A stretch of 42,271 nt of DNA from positions 1 through 42,271 of the forward strand of contig JACQNV010000010.1 of assembly GCA_016202865.1 (NCBI GenBank). Reading direction: 5' to 3'. Shown here one piece after another: positions 39,011 through 42,271 of this stretch (the stretch's first letter is position 1; each line of letters starts with the position of its first letter). A program made the translations under genes and the position numbers. This DNA is from Candidatus Aenigmatarchaeota archaeon (GTDB taxonomy: Archaea > Aenigmatarchaeota > Aenigmatarchaeia > QMZP01 > JACQNV01). The notes under the pieces were generated by a model. That model was not told the DNA's origin, ran no database searches, and saw only the letters and a program-made list of their open reading frames with translations.

Positions 39011-40023
39011 TTAATCGTCTTCTGTTTCCTTGACTGGCTCAGAAAAAACAAGCACAGCCCTGTCAAACCTTTCATCAGCTCTAGTGTCTGTGGCGGCATC
39101 AAAAACTTTTCTGGCCCTCCGGATGTTTTCGTCGCCACCCCTTTTAAACTCTTTGTAAAAATCCAAAAATGTTTGTTTATTGTCACCTATTTCCATCTCT
39201 CTCCACCTTTTAAAAAGCTCAGCCTTTCTTAATTCCTCTCTTATTACAATATCTTCGGCAAGTATCTCAGCCTCTGCCCGTGGTCCATATCTATAACTCT
39301 CCACATCGCCTGGCAATCTTCTAGAAACCCATCTATCTCTAGCCCTTGTTAGCCAAGATTCTTTATCTATGTCCTGAATAGATGCATAGCCAATAGCAGT
39401 AGCAAGTCCAAAAACTGGAATTGTAAAGCGCCCTGTATGTTCAATCCCAAAATAGTAACCGAGACACGCGGAAAGCATAAAACCAATGGGCGCCCTAAAA
39501 CAGTGCCTACAACCAAACTTGTTAGTGGTGTCCCAATAGGACTCTTAGCTATGTTATCAAGGATTGTTGATGTGTATAATGGGTTTTCCAAAACCTCTGA
39601 TGTGATGGCTCCCAACCCACACGGAGTAAAACCATCTCCAATAACAAATGTTTCAGGTATTTTAACATCCCTAAATTCTGGATTGCGCCGGCGCGCCTTG
39701 AAATAAATCGCTACAAACCCTTCTGGAAGTTCTCTATAATCAAAGTCTGTAAAATCGTCGCTGAAATGGCCCCCCATAGCCTCAGCAGATTTTACTTTTA
39801 CTGGATAAGAAGAATCAAACCAAGGTATCTGGAAGCCCCGTCTACAAAATATTTCCCAGTGACCTCCTTTTATATTCACTTTTGCAACCGCCCCATTGTA
39901 ATTCTTTCTTACAGCTCGGTCTGCCTGGTCTCTATAAGCAGGCAAAAGACATTTATCTGAATCAAATCCACCATACGATAACTTCCTTCTCAAAAGTGCC
40001 GGGATTCTTGATGACTCGACCAT
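39011..40023 (-). pseudogene. Hypothetical 2-TM protein (about 335 aa if intact) split by a frameshift near 39488-39500
   Basis: ORFs 39367..40023 and 39011..39478 overlap by 112 nt. The upstream frame is protein-like up to ..TSLVVGTVLG and then turns into junk. The downstream frame is open and sensible from APIGFMLSACLGYYFG. One extra G in tta-ggg-cgc on the minus strand would join them into one TM helix. Confidence 0.6.
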
Positions 40024-40056
40024 AAAAAGAATTAGTGGAGAAGTTTTAAATAAACA

Positions 40057-40081
40057 TTGGCGAAGTCACGCCGTTTTGAAA
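40057..40081 (+). repeat. Direct repeat, right copy
   Basis: It reads att ggc gaa gtc acg ccg ttt tga (IGEVTPF*). This is the same peptide and stop as the asparaginase end, differing only at two synonymous third positions and in the stop codon. It abuts the stop of the convergent lipoprotein gene. Confidence 0.8.
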
Positions 40082-40441
40082 TTAATTATCTGGGCCTTGT
40101 CTAGCTGGTTCCGGACTTGTTGTTTCTGTTTTAGGCGAGTATTCAATTGCCGAGAGCGCCCTTCTTGACAAGTTGGTGTAAAATGGATCAACTGTGTCTG
40201 GACCAACAACTTTAGTCACAGGCTCCCCACCATCTGTTAACCTAATTTCAACAACTTCATACTTGCCATTCTTATCATTGTCCAGAAATGTAAACAAGTG
40301 CATGCCTTTACCGCTTACAGGCGTCTCATAATAACCCCATATTTTTGCTTCAGGTAGTGGTTGAGGAGCTGAACATGCAGCTAAAGAAAGAGCCAAAAAA
40401 GCGTCTCTTGCAAATCTCTTAAAGCCAGAAAGGTATCTCAT
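40082..40441 (-). CDS. Small secreted lipoprotein
   Basis: MRYLSGFKRFARDAFLALSLAAC contains a lipobox-like LAAC. 119 aa. Confidence 0.65.
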   Translation of the reverse strand: MRYLSGFKRFARDAFLALSLAACSAPQPLPEAKIWGYYETPVSGKGMHLFTFLDNDKNGKYEVVEIRLTDGGEPVTKVVGPDTVDPFYTNLSRRALSAIEYSPKTETTSPEPARQGPDN

Positions 40442-40473
40442 ATACTTTACTTGAAGTGCGGAGTTTATATTGC

Positions 40474-41550
40474 TTACGAAACAATAAGGCCGACAGCTTG
40501 ATTGATATTTGCAACTTCAACCACTTCTAAACCAGTTACATTAACAAGTTGTCCTACAGGAACCAGGAATTTTGTCGCGCCTTTAGCTTTGGCTGCCTCT
40601 GCCTTTGCCTGCTGTCCGCCAATCTGGCCAATTGTCCCATCTATGTTTATCGTTCCTGTCATCAGAACATTTGAATTCATGTTCTTGCCTTGTATTGCAG
40701 CAATCATTGTAACAGTTATAGCTGCTCCTGCAGACGGTCCGTCTATCGAAACAACGCCTTCACCGCCATGAACAAAACTTACAGTAGTATCACTTCCGCT
40801 CAACCCAACACCTGTTACTTGTTGGGCAACAATTGCAGCTGATCTCACAGAATCCTGAGCAGTTGAAGAGACCTCAACATTATGCACATCTATTGATATG
40901 ATGCCTGTACCGCCAACAAACTTTACTTCCATTGGAACTATGACACCGCCGCCACTTCCAGAAACAGCAGCGACAAAATAGTTTTTTGTTACAGGTGTAA
41001 GGGACTGGACTTTTTGTTGAGAAGAACTCAATTCAGATTTGGTTGAAGTAAGCTGACCCTCTAGTGTTTTTACCTGAGACTCTGTCTGGCCCAATTGATC
41101 TTTAAGGTTATTTATCACAGCTTCTTTTGTCTTGACAGAATTTGTTAGTGTGGTTATGTTTGTTAACAGCGTATTTATGTAAAGACCCCTTTTTTCCAGC
41201 TCAGTCTGCTGCGCGCCTATTGTCACTTTTTGCGTGTTTGTAAAAGCAGTGAGGTTGGCTATGGAGAGCGCCTGATTCTGAACAAGTTTGCCGAGCGAAT
41301 TTATTTGTCCTGTTTGGTTTTCTATAACAGCTTCCTGGGATGATATGATGACAGCCTTGTTCTGATTGTCAATTGAAAATGTGAAGTTAAAAAAAGCAGA
41401 TGTGCCGATAACAATAAGGAGCACTACTACTGCGGCGCTAAAATGAATTTTCAGCTTTCTATGTTTATGCAAAAGATGATTTAAGAACTCCTCACCGTGC
41501 TTGATTTCTTCGCGTATCGTCTTGTGCTTATGATCCTTGTCTTCGGCCAT
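40474..41550 (-). CDS. Membrane-anchored coiled-coil protein with a C-terminal Lon-type (S16) protease domain and no AAA+ module
   Basis: N-terminal TM AAVVVLLIVIGTSAFFNFTF. A long heptad-like region. SIDGPSAGAAITV (Lon catalytic Ser context) and IGGQQAKAEAAKAKGATKFLVP (catalytic Lys context). Confidence 0.75.
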   Translation of the reverse strand: MAEDKDHKHKTIREEIKHGEEFLNHLLHKHRKLKIHFSAAVVVLLIVIGTSAFFNFTFSIDNQNKAVIISSQEAVIENQTGQINSLGKLVQNQALSIANLTAFTNTQKVTIGAQQTELEKRGLYINTLLTNITTLTNSVKTKEAVINNLKDQLGQTESQVKTLEGQLTSTKSELSSSQQKVQSLTPVTKNYFVAAVSGSGGGVIVPMEVKFVGGTGIISIDVHNVEVSSTAQDSVRSAAIVAQQVTGVGLSGSDTTVSFVHGGEGVVSIDGPSAGAAITVTMIAAIQGKNMNSNVLMTGTINIDGTIGQIGGQQAKAEAAKAKGATKFLVPVGQLVNVTGLEVVEVANINQAVGLIVS

Positions 41551-41585
41551 GTATAATTATATGCTTCTGTTTAAAATAAGTTTTG

Positions 41586-42197
41586 CTATTTACCTTTTTT
41601 CTGCTTCCTTTTCTTCTCTTCTTTCACTTTTTCACCAGGGGCTGCCGTTTTGATTGCTGGAGCCGCAGCACCAGGAGCACCCGCTGGCTGGCCTTCTGCA
41701 GGCGTTGCAACAGCTGTTGCCGCAGCCGCTTTCTTGGCTTCTTCTGCTCTGGCCTTCTCCTCTGCTCTCAAAATAGCTTCCTGTTTAATAAAAGTCTGAT
41801 CTCCTACGCCGACACCCATGCTCCTACATGTTCCAACAACCTGATTAACATAATTCTCAGTGTCTGATTCAAATCTTGCCTTAGCTATTGATTTTACCTG
41901 ATCCATTGTCAGCGAACCAATACACTCCAAACCAGCTTTTCCAGATCCTTTATCCTTTGCCAATTCTTTTTTTATCAAAGCAGATGTTGGTGGCTTTCCA
42001 ACTTCAATTGTAAAAGTTTTGTTTGGGCCAGCAATAACTTTGACAGGGACCTGCATGCCCTTCAAGCTCGCAGTCTTCTTGTTTATTTCTTCGACTACTT
42101 TGCCTATTGGAACCCCAAGCGGACCTAAAGCTGGTCCCAACGGTGGCGCAGCTGTTGCTTTCCCACCTTCTACAATAACACTAACTGTCTGTCCCAT
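41586..42197 (-). CDS. rpl11: 50S ribosomal protein uL11 with a ~45-aa Ala/Lys/Glu-rich C-terminal extension
   Basis: VEGGKATAAPPLGPALGPLGVPIGKVVEEIN is a typical uL11 N-domain. 203 aa versus about 160 usual. The tail is ..RAEEKARAEEAKKAAAATAVATPAEGQPAGAPGAAAPAIKTAAPGEKVKEEKKRKQKKGK. Confidence 0.9.
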   Translation of the reverse strand: MGQTVSVIVEGGKATAAPPLGPALGPLGVPIGKVVEEINKKTASLKGMQVPVKVIAGPNKTFTIEVGKPPTSALIKKELAKDKGSGKAGLECIGSLTMDQVKSIAKARFESDTENYVNQVVGTCRSMGVGVGDQTFIKQEAILRAEEKARAEEAKKAAAATAVATPAEGQPAGAPGAAAPAIKTAAPGEKVKEEKKRKQKKGK

Positions 42198-42204
42198 AGC
42201 TAGC

Positions 42205-42225
42205 CTTTCTTTTCAGAAAAGAAAG
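42205..42225 (-). promoter_or_regulatory. Perfect 9-bp hairpin immediately upstream of the uL11 start codon
   Basis: CTTTCTTTT-CAG-AAAAGAAAG ends 7 nt before the ATG at 42197 on the minus strand. It could be a leader structure or the end of the upstream transcript. Confidence 0.3.
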
Positions 42226-42271
42226 TCTCCCGTATCCAAAGAAAACGGTATACATTTTTTCTCTGTAAATA

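Noticed and set aside
39685-39694. A GC-rich perfect palindrome GCGCCGGCGC inside the frameshifted cargo gene.
   Set aside because: It is a single 10-mer falling on the Arg codons of the ARRRN stretch (FKARRRNPEF), and it has no partner site or repeat. It is most simply a coding by-product.
1-42271. I searched by eye for rRNA genes, tRNA genes (GGTTCGAAT-like T-arms in intergenic gaps), transposases, integrases and cas genes.
   Set aside because: I recognised none. The intergenic gaps are short, mostly under 150 nt, and AT-rich, without cloverleaf-compatible sequence. A tRNAscan/Infernal run would be needed to exclude small RNAs formally.

Overview
This looks like an archaeal chromosome segment. 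It carries archaeal-type ribosomal stalk genes (uL11, uL1, uL10/P0, P1) and TATA-like boxes about 25 nt upstream of several ATGs. It is moderately AT-rich, roughly 38-40 % GC by eye. My inference is a small-genome, salvage-dependent, surface-protein-rich archaeon (DPANN-like).

Layout:
- (1) 19-13053: two tandem copies of a three-gene surface module. Each copy has a giant protein with a type IV pilin-like class III signal peptide (A), a large Cys-rich protein with a central hydrophobic hairpin (B), and a CARDB/NEW3-like protein with a C-terminal anchor (C). A convergent fourth surface protein follows at 13062-14825.
- (2) 15117-20676, minus strand: two paralogous alpha/beta hydrolases flanking a secreted-protein gene that is split at a G11/C11 homopolymer. 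Then comes a purine-salvage block: a PRT-like gene, apt, a second PRT-like gene and MTA phosphorylase.
- (3) 20.7-24.5 kb: small and hypothetical genes plus a glutaredoxin.
- (4) 24571-25358: a PIN(DUF3368)/UPF0175 toxin-antitoxin pair.
- (5) 25535-30997: a SUF operon (HTH regulator, sufB, sufD, sufS, sufU, sufC).
- (6) 31042-33969: a 975-aa surface protein.
- (7) 33985-34894: a DUF4258/DUF2283 pair and a GNAT acetyltransferase.
- (8) The ribosomal stalk cluster (P1, P0, L1 at 34964-36861; L11 at 41586-42197), split by a compositionally mosaic 4.7-kb block. That block holds an AT-rich HEPN-motif gene, a frameshifted asparaginase, a 1080-bp insertion flanked by direct repeats that carries a frameshifted gene, a lipoprotein and a membrane Lon-like (S16) protease.

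The most unusual signal is a family of three 39-nt palindromic insertions, each bracketed by a 9-12-nt direct repeat. Two sit in frame inside protein-coding genes, and paralogues mark their empty sites. These two copies show base changes that are both hairpin-compensatory and synonymous.

I recognised no rRNA, tRNA, CRISPR array, transposase or integrase. Three genes look frameshifted; this could be genuine decay, phase variation or assembly error, and the sequence alone cannot distinguish these. All family calls are motif recognition by eye, with no database search.
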